Under the pieces are notes generated by a model, which had not been told where the DNA came from, searched no databases, and saw only the letters and a program-made list of their open reading frames with translations. A stretch of 64,000 nucleotides of DNA from a virus. Taxonomy: Duplodnaviria; Heunggongvirae; Uroviricota; Caudoviricetes. Both the position numbers and the translations under genes were made by a program. Location: positions 1 through 64,000 of the IMG/VR virus record IMGVR_UViG_3300028833_006001; one strand, written 5' to 3'. The stretch's first letter is position 1. Each line of letters starts with the position of its first letter. Positions 20,330 to 29,978 of the stretch are shown here, in pieces.

Positions 20330-20914
20330 TTATGCTAAATCTTCATCCCACCAGTCACTTCTGAATGAAACTGTAACCTGTCTAGCATCCATATTGGTAT
20401 AGTTTAATTCATCAATACCTGTAATACCAGTAAGCATTACTTTGTGGAATACATAACTTCTCCAAACTGTACCATCTCTATTAGCTTCAGCAATTCTAAG
20501 GTTATCAGCAACATAATCAGCCATAAGTGTTCTTGTACCATCACTAAGATCATAACCAAGTTTACCCCATGCCTTTAAAACTTTAAGAACATAAGCATCA
20601 GTAGCATTTCTGATATTAAGATTGAAAACAATCTGTAATTCAGCAAATGTATTATCAAGAACAGGGTTAAGATATGATACATCAACACCAAGGAATTTCT
20701 GTTGACCAGCTGAAACAGTCTTCTGAAGTGCATCAAGACCTGAAACTGAAAATACTTGTTCTGTTAAAATAGCTTCATCATCCTTAAATGTACTTTGAAG
20801 TGCGGTTGGTAAAGTAAAATATACCTCAAAGATACTTGAATGCATAGGATCGTAAAAATTATTACCAGCCTGTGTATTCTTTATGTGAGGTAAATGTGAA
20901 ACTTGACTTGCCAT
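20330..20914 (-). CDS. tail tube protein (T4 gp19-like)
   Basis: FEVYFTLP near the N-terminus and the C-terminal ARQVTVSFRSDWWDE parallel T4 gp19 NLFQVEISYLG and IQTFEVTLALDYWE. It sits immediately downstream of the sheath gene. Confidence 0.72.
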   Translation of the reverse strand: MASQVSHLPHIKNTQAGNNFYDPMHSSIFEVYFTLPTALQSTFKDDEAILTEQVFSVSGLDALQKTVSAGQQKFLGVDVSYLNPVLDNTFAELQIVFNLNIRNATDAYVLKVLKAWGKLGYDLSDGTRTLMADYVADNLRIAEANRDGTVWRSYVFHKVMLTGITGIDELNYTNMDARQVTVSFRSDWWDEDLA

Positions 20915-21003
20915 TTTATATATAAAATCTTATGTTTTTGTTATCTAATTAAAAATATACAATATTTTAATTCTGGAGAGATTTTATTCTCTCCAGAACT
21001 AAA

Positions 21004-23997
21004 TTATTTAATTTCAGTAATATTACTTGACATTTGTCCTGTCTTGTAAAGTGTAAGTTCGTGAATCATCTTACCACAACCCATACCTGGTTCTATATGT
21101 GTAGAAAGTATTGCCATTTCATTGTTAATAATTTCAGGAGTGTTATTAGATTCATCCATTACATTAAGGTATGCCTGAATACCACCATTAGCAGCAACTC
21201 TTGCACAAATGAAATTAGCTTTGTCAAGGATAGCATTTCTTGTTGTAGGGTTATTGAATTCCCACTGATATGCCTGAAGAACCTTTTCAATTTCATCCTG
21301 TAAGTAAATTACAAGTTCACGTACATTTACTTTAGAAAGAGCTGAAACTGGTGTCTGTTTTGCAGTCTGGTTAGCATTAACGAATGTACCGAAACCTGGA
21401 CGATATACTAAGCAGTTAACACCGAATGGTTCAATAATCTGAAGTTCATCCATTGAGTAGCTATAATCAGGACCTACAAGATCAGCACATTCAATCTTAG
21501 CATTGTTAGGACCAGCAACAATATAGTAAGGCTGTCTTGATGTGTACTTAGTCATAAATAAGTTAGAAACAACACCTGCTGAAGGAACTATTGTATCAAC
21601 ATATCCATCACTAAGTTTAAGAGGTGAATAGAATGCACAGAATGATGCACCTTCAGCTTCTGTAGGAAGTGAGAACTTCTTACCAAATGCTTTCTTCTTA
21701 TTGTAACCAGCAGCAACATATGCTACATTGAATACACCTTTAGCATCTGTGAATGAAGTGTAAGGACATTTAAGGAATGTCTTTACTGAAGGGAAGTTAA
21801 GAATTGCGAATGCACTCTGTTTTTCCTTAGCAAGATATGAAAGAACCTTCTTAGCTGAATTGTCAACATATGTTTCAAATGTATCAACGATATATCTATA
21901 ATCGATATTAGCTTTGTTAAGAAGAGCAGTCTTAAGACCCTTATATTCAGAAATAGCTGAAAGTAAGAAGTTCTGCCATTCTAACTTATCATACATACTT
22001 GTTGAAGCAGGTTTTGAATTCTTATATACATAACCTTCAAGATACTGAGGAACCATTGTACCAACTTCCTGGTTAAGAGGAGCATCAACTCTTACAAGAT
22101 ATGATTTACCATTAGGATCATTGTACATAAGAGGTTCACCTGTAAATCTAATAATATATTTAATTGTATCAGATTCAGCATCATTTACAGAAGTAATTTC
22201 TTGAACATATACATTGTCATAAAAATCAAGTGAATCACCTTCACCATTTTCATCAAGAACTGTATCATCTTCTGCAAGGAAACAGTCACCTACTGAAAGA
22301 GTTGTGAATATACTCTTATCCCATGGAGCATCAGCATTAACAAATTCATAAACACCGTTATTTTCTCCACCAGCCCATGCTTGATCATCAACAGGAACAA
22401 ATGTTACTGAAGAACCATAAACTGTATTTGTTTCAACATCATTCTTTACTGATTCTGAAGTAACATTGAATAATGAAACCTTCATATTATTATCAGCATC
22501 ACCATAAACACCATAAGGAGAATTAGCTGAAGTTGCTTCAAGACGAGTAATAGAAGTAATAACTGTTGCAGGACCTTCTGATGTAAATTTACCATCTTCA
22601 TCGATAAATGCATTACCACTTGTATAAACAGAACCATAACCGTCTGTTAAATTACCAAATTCACCAGCAGCATTTAATTTCTTAAGAATTGTATTAAATT
22701 CATCAGCATTGTCACCACATTCAATATTAACAGTTGAATCTGGAGCGCCTACCTGTTTAAGAGTAATCTTATGTTCTTCTGTATCAATATTAGAAACATA
22801 AAGAGTACCTGTAACTTTCTTTTCATTTGAGTTATCAAATGGAATAATAGCTGTTAATTTACCATCATCACCAACTTTAACTACGTTATTTGTAAATTCA
22901 ATAACTTCACTAACAACAGGTGCATTTAAGTTACCAAGAAGAGAAGTCTTAGCTTCACCAGTAAATAAGCTATTAAGAAGTTCATCATTAATAGAAAGTC
23001 TACCTGAAAGATCAATATTAGCAATACCTTCTTCTTCAAGTAAATCAACATTGAAACTCATCATCATATTGTGAATATCACTATCATTATTGAAAAGAAT
23101 ATCAAGAGCAGCATAACCACCTTGCTTATTCTTGAAATAAGGAATAAGTGAACCTACATAATGACCTATAGCACCAGATGTTTCATCATTATAAAGTGCA
23201 TCAAGAGCATCAACTTCATCGCCATATGCGTTAAGTACATGTTTCTTTAATTTAACATCTTCAGAATTCATATCTTCTACGCCATCAAAGTAGAACTTAA
23301 GTGTTGAAGAAGCAAGAACCTGAGATTTTGTGAATTTTCCTTTAAATACATAAATTTCTGCCATGAAGTCAGAAACAAGACTGTTCTTATATGGTTCAAG
23401 ATATTCTGGAAGTTCTTCATCTGAATACCAATCACTTACAGTAATATTATATCCATTTACTTTAGAACCAGAAGCTTTACGGATGAAATATGTACCAGAT
23501 AATTGCTTAGTGTTGATAGCACTAATATTAATGTACTGATCCATGAAAGCGCCAGAAACTGATTTAAGACCATTAAGTTTTTCTGCAGAAAGTTCCCAGA
23601 ATCTTGTTGTGTCATAAATATCTTCAACATTTAACTTAACTGTGTTAATAATATCGTACTTAGGATTGAAGTCTGTATTGATAGTTGCAGCATCAACTGT
23701 TTCACCATCAAACTTCTTAAGGTTCAAGCAAAGGATAGGACCACTTGCAAGAGCCTGAAGAGCTATTCTATGGAAGAATACGCCTCTCTTTTCAAGTTTC
23801 TTTGAAATATCACCATAAACAGCTTTAAAATCTGAAACAGATGTAATATAAGTAGGAATGTTGAAAGGACCCTTTTCAGAGTAACCAACAACAAGTCTAA
23901 GAACACTACTTTCTACGCCAGCTACGGTTGACTTATCAAAAACAATACGGTATATACCAGCAGCTTTAAATTGTTGTAAATAAACTGGAATAGCCAT
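21004..23997 (-). CDS. tail sheath protein (T4 gp18-like, 997 aa with insertion domains)
   Basis: The C-terminal region aligns with T4 gp18. DESNNTPEIINNEMAILSTHIEP matches DTTNNTPSVIDRNEFVATFYIQP. GVNCLVYRPGFGTF matches INPVTGTGGDGYVLYG. NVRELVIYLQDEI matches INVRRLFNMLKTNI. Confidence 0.85.
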   Translation of the reverse strand: MAIPVYLQQFKAAGIYRIVFDKSTVAGVESSVLRLVVGYSEKGPFNIPTYITSVSDFKAVYGDISKKLEKRGVFFHRIALQALASGPILCLNLKKFDGETVDAATINTDFNPKYDIINTVKLNVEDIYDTTRFWELSAEKLNGLKSVSGAFMDQYINISAINTKQLSGTYFIRKASGSKVNGYNITVSDWYSDEELPEYLEPYKNSLVSDFMAEIYVFKGKFTKSQVLASSTLKFYFDGVEDMNSEDVKLKKHVLNAYGDEVDALDALYNDETSGAIGHYVGSLIPYFKNKQGGYAALDILFNNDSDIHNMMMSFNVDLLEEEGIANIDLSGRLSINDELLNSLFTGEAKTSLLGNLNAPVVSEVIEFTNNVVKVGDDGKLTAIIPFDNSNEKKVTGTLYVSNIDTEEHKITLKQVGAPDSTVNIECGDNADEFNTILKKLNAAGEFGNLTDGYGSVYTSGNAFIDEDGKFTSEGPATVITSITRLEATSANSPYGVYGDADNNMKVSLFNVTSESVKNDVETNTVYGSSVTFVPVDDQAWAGGENNGVYEFVNADAPWDKSIFTTLSVGDCFLAEDDTVLDENGEGDSLDFYDNVYVQEITSVNDAESDTIKYIIRFTGEPLMYNDPNGKSYLVRVDAPLNQEVGTMVPQYLEGYVYKNSKPASTSMYDKLEWQNFLLSAISEYKGLKTALLNKANIDYRYIVDTFETYVDNSAKKVLSYLAKEKQSAFAILNFPSVKTFLKCPYTSFTDAKGVFNVAYVAAGYNKKKAFGKKFSLPTEAEGASFCAFYSPLKLSDGYVDTIVPSAGVVSNLFMTKYTSRQPYYIVAGPNNAKIECADLVGPDYSYSMDELQIIEPFGVNCLVYRPGFGTFVNANQTAKQTPVSALSKVNVRELVIYLQDEIEKVLQAYQWEFNNPTTRNAILDKANFICARVAANGGIQAYLNVMDESNNTPEIINNEMAILSTHIEPGMGCGKMIHELTLYKTGQMSSNITEIK

Positions 23998-24100
23998 TTT
24001 TTATATTTGTAATATATTTATTATTTTTTTCAATTAATAGAATTAAACATAACTTCTATAATTTAATTAAAAATAAAACTTTTTAGTCGTAAAGATTTAA

Positions 24101-24140
24101 AAATAAAAATCCATAGTCTCACGACTATGGATTTTTTCAT
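24101..24140 (-). terminator. strong rho-independent terminator after the major capsid gene
   Basis: Perfect 12-bp stem AAATCCATAGTC-TCAC-GACTATGGATTT flanked by A and T runs. A second small hairpin (TGCGA-GGTAAG-TCGCA) lies just upstream. Confidence 0.8.
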
Positions 24141-24198
24141 CATACGATGTGAATTATATATAGAGTGCGAGGTAAGTCGCATTTTATATATTCTAAGA

Positions 24199-25932
24199 TT
24201 AGATAAGGCCAAATTCTGAACCTACTGTGAATGTGAAGTACTGTGTTTCTGGGAAGAAACCAGCATCAACAATAGCATATCTTGAGTTAACAAGCATCTT
24301 AGGAGCCATTGTACCTTCAGCTGTGATAGATACTGTATCAGCAAGAATGTAAGGCATAAAGATTACACCAGGTTCGTTACCGTTACCCTTTCTACCAACG
24401 CAAACTCTTGTATCATCCCAATCCATATAAGGATCAACATAAACTTTAAGACCTGCGATTGTACCACTCATGAATAAGTTCTGTGAACCATCCTGTGCGA
24501 AGTTGTTTACCATAGGAGCAACTACATAACCACTAACATCCTGAAGAGCTGTAGCAACCTGAGCATTTGTAACAACCCATGTTGGTCTACCTCTACGTCC
24601 AGTTACCTGGATAAGGTTAGCAGCAGCAAGAAGTTTAGAACCAATTCTTCTCTGACGAGTGTGAAGATTTTCAGCACTTGTATTAACTTCTGCATTCTTG
24701 ATTGTTCCCCAATCACCCTTATGTTCAACACCATAAACATCCTTGAATGTCTTGATTGGCTGAGCAGCCATTGTGCTATCAGATGTACCCATCCAAAGGT
24801 TAAGGTCTACACCCTGATAAACTTTCTGATGAATAGCGTTAGTTACACCAAGAGCAAATACATGTTCAAGAATTCTAGCGTTAATTGACTGAGTAATTTC
24901 GTTCTGCATAGCTTCCATAACTTTAGCAACAGCATCAACACCATAAAGAGGAAGATCCTGGAGTTGCTGTCTTGTTACAGTACCTGTAACTTCATATGAA
25001 CCCATCTGAACCCATTTGCTGAATAATCTAAGACCAAGTACATTACCTGTACCAGTTTCATTTTCAGCTCTTGTCATGCTTCTCTTTTCACCTGTTGCGA
25101 AGTTTGCGAAACCGTCAACGAAATCAACCATTGTCTGAGCGAAATCAACTGATGTTACATTACCAGTAGCAACACCGCTAACAACTGCAGGATTTACACC
25201 ATCGAAAAGATCTGCAACAGCCTTATTAACATCACCAGCTTTACATTCTTTAACAGCAACGATAAGACCGCTATCCATTCTACCAAGCTGCTTGAATTCA
25301 CCCTTAAATGTTACACCATTACCAACAATAGTAATTGCTCTTTCAGCTGCTGGAGCTTCTGCCTTTGCTCTAAGAGCTGCAGCATCACCGTCGAAGCCAA
25401 GGAATTTAACATAAAGAGGTTTGTTTTCTGCGCCTTCACCAACACCGTCAAGACCAGCAACTTCGTTTCTTCTACCCATCTTACCACCAGCATATGGGAA
25501 GTCCATATAAGTTAACATTGCCCAAGGACCTTTTGCAGGAATAACTGGAACAAGTTCAAGACCGATTGTAAGAAGTGCTACGTTAAGAGCCATAGGAAGA
25601 GTTGATACAGGAATATCACCACTACCAACTGCTTGTTTGAAGAAGTCACCAGTACCACCCATTGGAACCTGTCCGTTAGGAGCATAACCAGGTGCCATAG
25701 GATTACCCATACCAAGAGTATTAAGAGGGGTTGCATAAAGAGGTGAAACACCCTGTGCAGGAGCTACCTGACCACCGATATTAGCGCCACCAACACCAAG
25801 CATAGATTCATGAATTTCATGAATAGCTGCATACTGTGATACCCAGTTTAACTTCTCATTATCTGTAACGTTAAAGTTTTCCTTTAACATTTTTGTCCAC
25901 ATCTGTGTACCATTCTGTTCGTTAATAAACAT
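24199..25932 (-). CDS. major capsid protein (T4 gp23-like)
   Basis: VVTNAQVATALQDVSGY matches T4 IIASRNVVNVLASVDTG. GTIAGLKVYVDPYMDWDDTRVCVGRKGNGNEPGVIFMPYILAD matches GVLGGKYRVYIDQYAKQDYFTVGYKGPNEMDAGIYYAPYVAL. The N-terminal propeptide has an I-H-E|S site resembling the T4 L-T-E|AEIGG cleavage site. Confidence 0.88.
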   Translation of the reverse strand: MFINEQNGTQMWTKMLKENFNVTDNEKLNWVSQYAAIHEIHESMLGVGGANIGGQVAPAQGVSPLYATPLNTLGMGNPMAPGYAPNGQVPMGGTGDFFKQAVGSGDIPVSTLPMALNVALLTIGLELVPVIPAKGPWAMLTYMDFPYAGGKMGRRNEVAGLDGVGEGAENKPLYVKFLGFDGDAAALRAKAEAPAAERAITIVGNGVTFKGEFKQLGRMDSGLIVAVKECKAGDVNKAVADLFDGVNPAVVSGVATGNVTSVDFAQTMVDFVDGFANFATGEKRSMTRAENETGTGNVLGLRLFSKWVQMGSYEVTGTVTRQQLQDLPLYGVDAVAKVMEAMQNEITQSINARILEHVFALGVTNAIHQKVYQGVDLNLWMGTSDSTMAAQPIKTFKDVYGVEHKGDWGTIKNAEVNTSAENLHTRQRRIGSKLLAAANLIQVTGRRGRPTWVVTNAQVATALQDVSGYVVAPMVNNFAQDGSQNLFMSGTIAGLKVYVDPYMDWDDTRVCVGRKGNGNEPGVIFMPYILADTVSITAEGTMAPKMLVNSRYAIVDAGFFPETQYFTFTVGSEFGLI

Positions 25933-26011
25933 TGTAATTTATAAAAATTTATTTGTTATTTTTTGTAATTATATTCTTGTTATTTATCTTATGATAAATG
26001 TTTCGTTTATT

Positions 26012-26032
26012 TACTTTATTAAAAATAAATAA
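26012..26032. promoter_or_regulatory. conserved 21-nt AT box TACTTTATTAAAAATAAATAA upstream of the major capsid gene
   Basis: An identical 21-mer recurs at 27839..27859 upstream of the protease gene. Near-copies lie at 27899..27919, 28650..28672 and 61180..61198. Confidence 0.4.
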
Positions 26033-26050
26033 TTTTAAATGAGATAGAAA

Positions 26051-27802
26051 TTATGCTCTTCTGAGTCTCATCATCTGAGCATATACAGAGTTGTAATGAT
26101 TTTCAAGGATGTCTTTTGGTTCTTCAACTTGCTGAGGAGCTTTTGTAGATGCAAAGTCTACACTTTCCCAGAATTTCTGAAGAACACCTTCTTTCTTAAA
26201 ATCATATGCTTTAGAACTTCTAACTATTTCTTCTTGTCTTTCTTCTGAAAGAGCATTCCAAGATGGCTGATATTCAGCAGGCATATTTTCAACTACGTAT
26301 ACACCAGCGAACTTATCTTGTGCTTTCTGTTCTTTTACAAGTTGTGAAATAGCTTCATCCTTATTTTCAAGGCTTTCGATAAGAGCATCAATATCTGAAA
26401 GTTTAGCACTCTTCTGGTTTTCCATAAAAGCGTTTACATTTTCATTTACCTTTGCTTCAATATTTGCATTGTTTTCAGGAGTATATTCTTCATTAATCCA
26501 TCCTTCGATAACTGGAGCAAATTCTTCACAAACCCAATTCTGTACTTCTGGGGCGAATTCTTCTGTAATCCAATTCTGTAATTCAGGAGAGAATTCTTCT
26601 GTAATCCAATTCTGTAATTCAGGAGAGAATTCTTCTGTAATCCAGTTTTGTACTTCAGGAGCAAATTCTTCACAAACCCAGTTCTGTACTTCAGGAGCAA
26701 ATTCTTCACATACCCAATTCTGAACTTCTGGAGCGAATTCTTCGCATACCCAATTCTGAATTGTTTCAGAGAAGTTTTCAACTACCCAAGTCTGAATATC
26801 TGAATTAATACTTTCTGAAAGTTCTGCCTTGAAATCTTTAGCAAATTCTTCAGTTACCCAATTTTCAATCTTTTCATAGTTAGGAGTTTCAAATCCATTA
26901 ACCTTTTCAGTAACACCATTAAGTGCTTCATTAAGTTTATTGATTTCTTTATCCTTAGCTGTTAATGATTCTTGAGCAACATGAAGTTCAGCTTCTAAAC
27001 TAGTTACCTTTTCAGTAAGTTTATCAATTGCTTCTTTTAAATCATTCATTGTAGTATTTTGACTATTTTTGTTATTTTCATCTTCTTCAGATGTATCTTT
27101 TTCCTTTTCATCTTTATCTTCTTCTTTGTTATCTTCTTTATTATCATTATTTTCATCATCATGATTTTCTTCAGAAGATTTATCAGAAGATTTGTCATTG
27201 TTTTCATCGTCAAGTAAATCATCAGATTCATCTTCATTTATGATAGCCCAAATCTGATTACCATCTTCAGCAGATTCATTTAAACATTCAAGTGTTTGAT
27301 TAGCTTTAAGATTTAATTTAGCTTGTGAGAAACCAGGTGTACCAACTAAGTCATATGTCTTAATTGTTGAAAGTGTTACGTTTCCTGCTTCATCAATAGA
27401 TCCAGCACCTCTTGAAGATATATAAAGAGGAAGACCTCCTTTTACAATTGCTTGTGCATTTTTACCATTTGTTGTATCAAGTAAAAGAATTGTACCAGTA
27501 ACTGTACCATCTTCATTCATTTCAATAGACTCAATCTTATGTGATACACGATTAAGATCAATATTCATAGTATTAGGATGTTCAAGTTCTCCCATAAGGC
27601 CTTCAGTTGCGATAACCTTCTGAAGATTTTCAACCATCATTCCATAATTTTCTTTTGAATATATACGTCTATTTTCGTTTTTAATGCCGCAAACACCAAA
27701 TACACCAGTCATACGAACTTCATTAGTATTCTGACTTTCTTGGATCTGCAATCCAGTTGTAGGTCCTAAAGTTTCAAATACCATGCATTTTTTATTTGCC
27801 AT
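26051..27802 (-). CDS. prohead core protease (T4 gp21-like) fused to an acidic scaffolding region
   Basis: The N-terminal about 170 aa carry GELEHP and YISSRGAGS, matching the gp21/U9 protease His and Ser motifs. The remaining about 400 aa are D/E/N-rich coiled-coil with tandem 12-aa repeats. Confidence 0.8.
   Translation of the reverse strand: MANKKCMVFETLGPTTGLQIQESQNTNEVRMTGVFGVCGIKNENRRIYSKENYGMMVENLQKVIATEGLMGELEHPNTMNIDLNRVSHKIESIEMNEDGTVTGTILLLDTTNGKNAQAIVKGGLPLYISSRGAGSIDEAGNVTLSTIKTYDLVGTPGFSQAKLNLKANQTLECLNESAEDGNQIWAIINEDESDDLLDDENNDKSSDKSSEENHDDENNDNKEDNKEEDKDEKEKDTSEEDENNKNSQNTTMNDLKEAIDKLTEKVTSLEAELHVAQESLTAKDKEINKLNEALNGVTEKVNGFETPNYEKIENWVTEEFAKDFKAELSESINSDIQTWVVENFSETIQNWVCEEFAPEVQNWVCEEFAPEVQNWVCEEFAPEVQNWITEEFSPELQNWITEEFSPELQNWITEEFAPEVQNWVCEEFAPVIEGWINEEYTPENNANIEAKVNENVNAFMENQKSAKLSDIDALIESLENKDEAISQLVKEQKAQDKFAGVYVVENMPAEYQPSWNALSEERQEEIVRSSKAYDFKKEGVLQKFWESVDFASTKAPQQVEEPKDILENHYNSVYAQMMRLRRA
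26505..26765 (-). repeat. in-frame 36-nt tandem repeats (about 7 copies plus degenerate flanks) encoding QNW(V/I)(C/T)EEF(A/S)PE(V/L)
   Basis: The repeated DNA unit GAATTCTTC(T/A)(G/C)(T/A)AA(T/C)CCAATTCTGTA(C/A)TTC... is visible directly in the sequence. Spurious ORFs appear in other frames on both strands. Confidence 0.85.
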
Positions 27803-27838
27803 ATTATATATTATGTATTATATTTGATATTTCCTAAT

Positions 27839-27859
27839 TACTTTATTAAAAATAAATAA
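27839..27859. promoter_or_regulatory. conserved 21-nt AT box upstream of the protease gene (identical to 26012..26032)
   Basis: Exact 21/21 identity with the box upstream of the capsid gene. Confidence 0.4.
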
Positions 27860-27923
27860 AAAATAAACTAATTGATAAATCTAATAGATCTCAATGTAGT
27901 TTATTAAAAATAATATTTATTTA

Positions 27924-28586
27924 CTAACTAGCTATTTCATTAGCAATTATATCTTCAGCAAGAACTTCTCCAGTTTCTACATCAACTATATTGTTTTTAT
28001 CATCAAAAGATTCTACTTGAATTTTATTATTTGATGTAGAATTATTAAGTGATTCAATAAATTCTTTAGAACCACGAACAATAATAGAACCATCTTCAAG
28101 ATTTGTTTCTTTAGGTTTTTCTGCAAATGTTTTATCTGCATTATCTTGCATTTCTCTAAAGATTGATTCAACACTAGATATTACATCATTAAGTTGTTTT
28201 TGAATATCTAACATTGATTTTTGTAATGCTGTAAGACTTTGGTAAAGAGCACCTTTACCAGCATTCATAGTAATACTTTGTATAAGTGTATCTTGCGCTT
28301 TTTCATTTACGTTCAACATCTTGAGAAGCATACGAATTTGATCCATTTCCTGAGAAATTTTATTAGGAATATATGGATGTTCGTCTATATACTTTTGATC
28401 AAAATAATAATTAGAAAGTCTTTCTGTTATCTGTTGAGCCTTAGCTTTTGCTTGACCTTCTACTTCTTCTAAATCAATTACTAATGTTGGGGTTTCAAGA
28501 ACATCATCAGGAGAATCATATTCAGGTTCTTCTGGGCTTCTTAAGAAAAGATCATTAAGAGCATCTTTATCTTCATTTGTAACCAT
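27924..28586 (-). CDS. acidic coiled-coil prohead core or scaffold-like protein (220 aa)
   Basis: Position immediately upstream of the protease gene. Acidic, Q/E-rich helical composition typical of scaffold or core proteins. Confidence 0.4.
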   Translation of the reverse strand: MVTNEDKDALNDLFLRSPEEPEYDSPDDVLETPTLVIDLEEVEGQAKAKAQQITERLSNYYFDQKYIDEHPYIPNKISQEMDQIRMLLKMLNVNEKAQDTLIQSITMNAGKGALYQSLTALQKSMLDIQKQLNDVISSVESIFREMQDNADKTFAEKPKETNLEDGSIIVRGSKEFIESLNNSTSNNKIQVESFDDKNNIVDVETGEVLAEDIIANEIAS

Positions 28587-28632
28587 ATAACATTTAATAT
28601 TTTTACAAATAAAAATAAAAAAATAAAAGTGA

Positions 28633-28672
28633 ACTAATAAAAATTAGCTCACTTTTATTAAAAATATTTAAT
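28633..28672 (-). terminator. terminator-like hairpin after the 28678..28860 ORF
   Basis: AAGTGAACT-AATAAAAATT-AGCTCACTT (one mismatch) followed by a U-run on the minus strand. It overlaps a copy of the AT box. Confidence 0.45.
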
Positions 28673-28677
28673 ATTTT

Positions 28678-28860
28678 TTATGAAATCATCAATTTCGATA
28701 GAGATTCGATATGATTTTTAAGATTTATTTTAGTATCTGGACAAACATCTTCAAGAAAAGGAGAATTCATTTCTTCAGGAGTAAGTTCACTCTCAAGAAC
28801 TGTTTTCATAACAGTCATATAAGCGAAATTCTCAAATCTTTTCTGTTTTGTATATGCCAT
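28678..28860 (-). CDS. small hypothetical protein (60 aa)
   Basis: ORF between the array and the head genes. It is followed by a hairpin. Confidence 0.3.
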   Translation of the reverse strand: MAYTKQKRFENFAYMTVMKTVLESELTPEEMNSPFLEDVCPDTKINLKNHIESLSKLMIS

Positions 28861-28930
28861 AATATTTATTGTTTTTACATTATTAATATAGTATATATTA
28901 TCTAAAATTCAATAATTTATATTCGATTAT

Positions 28931-29977
28931 TTATGATACATACCAAGAAGGTGGATTTTTTTCTAAAGGACATTTTTTAAATATATCCCTTGACCATTTT
29001 AATATTTTTATTTTTTTATTTATATTCCAAGATGATATATCTCCATCAAATTTAGAATTATAAAACATTTTTATCATATTAGTAACATTACTTACATCCC
29101 ATTTTGATATATCTTTATTAAAAATTGAGTTACAAAACATATACTCCATATTAACAACTTTACTTACATCCCAAGACGATATATCACTATTAAAGTTAGA
29201 ATAAGAAAACATATAACTCATATCAATAACATTACTTACATCCCATTTTGATATATCTTTATTAAAAATTGATCTAAAAAACATATAATCCATATCAGTA
29301 ACTTTACTTACATCCCATTTTGATATATCTTTATTAAATTTAGACTGTGTAAACATAAAACTCATATTTTTAACTTTACTTACATCCCAAGAAGATATAT
29401 CTCTATTAAATGATGAATAAATAAACATCTGTGACATATTAATAACATTACTTACATCCCAAGACGATATGTCACTATTAAAGTTAGAATTAGAAAACAT
29501 ATAACTCATATTAGTAACATTACTTACATCCCAAGATGATATATCTCCATTAAATTTAGATTGTGCAAACATAACATGCATATCAGTAACATTACTTACA
29601 TCCCAAGATGATATATCACCATTAAATTCAGAACTAGAAAACATTCTACGCATATTAGTAACATTACTTACATCCCAATCTGATATATCACCATTAAATT
29701 CAGAAGATTCAAACATACTATCCATATTAGTAACATTACTTACATTCCAAGATGATATATTTCCATTGAATTTTGAATTTTTAAATATATCAGTCATATC
29801 AGTAACATTACTTACATCAATATCATTTAAATCAGCCTTATTTCCTCTTTCTTCAATAAGTTTATCTACTAAAGATTTAAGTTCTTCTCTATCTTTAGGA
29901 TGATAATGATATACAGGTTTATTAATATCCTTATTTAAATGTAATTTCTCTATTATATAATTATTTAAATTTTTCAT
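28931..29977 (-). CDS. leader-family protein with DUF285/BspA-type leucine-rich repeats (about 10 repeats of D(I/V)SxWDVSNVTNMxxMF)
   Basis: The true start is probably the internal Met giving MKNLNNYIIEKLHLNKD; the ORF track extends it to 30043. Then come HPKDREELKSLVDKLIEERGNKADLNDIDVSNVTDM and tandem WDVSNVTNM repeats. Confidence 0.7.
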   Translation of the reverse strand: MKNLNNYIIEKLHLNKDINKPVYHYHPKDREELKSLVDKLIEERGNKADLNDIDVSNVTDMTDIFKNSKFNGNISSWNVSNVTNMDSMFESSEFNGDISDWDVSNVTNMRRMFSSSEFNGDISSWDVSNVTDMHVMFAQSKFNGDISSWDVSNVTNMSYMFSNSNFNSDISSWDVSNVINMSQMFIYSSFNRDISSWDVSKVKNMSFMFTQSKFNKDISKWDVSKVTDMDYMFFRSIFNKDISKWDVSNVIDMSYMFSYSNFNSDISSWDVSKVVNMEYMFCNSIFNKDISKWDVSNVTNMIKMFYNSKFDGDISSWNINKKIKILKWSRDIFKKCPLEKNPPSWYVS

Positions 29978-29978
29978 A

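Noticed and set aside
20915-21003. Hairpin TCTGGAGAG-ATTTTATT-CTCTCCAGA between the sheath and tube genes as a terminator
   Set aside because: - The stem is real, but no convincing U-run follows on the minus strand.
- Sheath and tube are probably co-transcribed.
- It may be an attenuator or RNA-processing site at best, so it is not listed as a terminator feature.
26446-26781. ORF-track entries 26446..26781 (-) and 26469..26723 (+) inside the protease/scaffold gene
   Set aside because: Alternative-frame artefacts created by the perfect 36-nt tandem repeats. The long 583-aa frame with protease motifs is the real gene.
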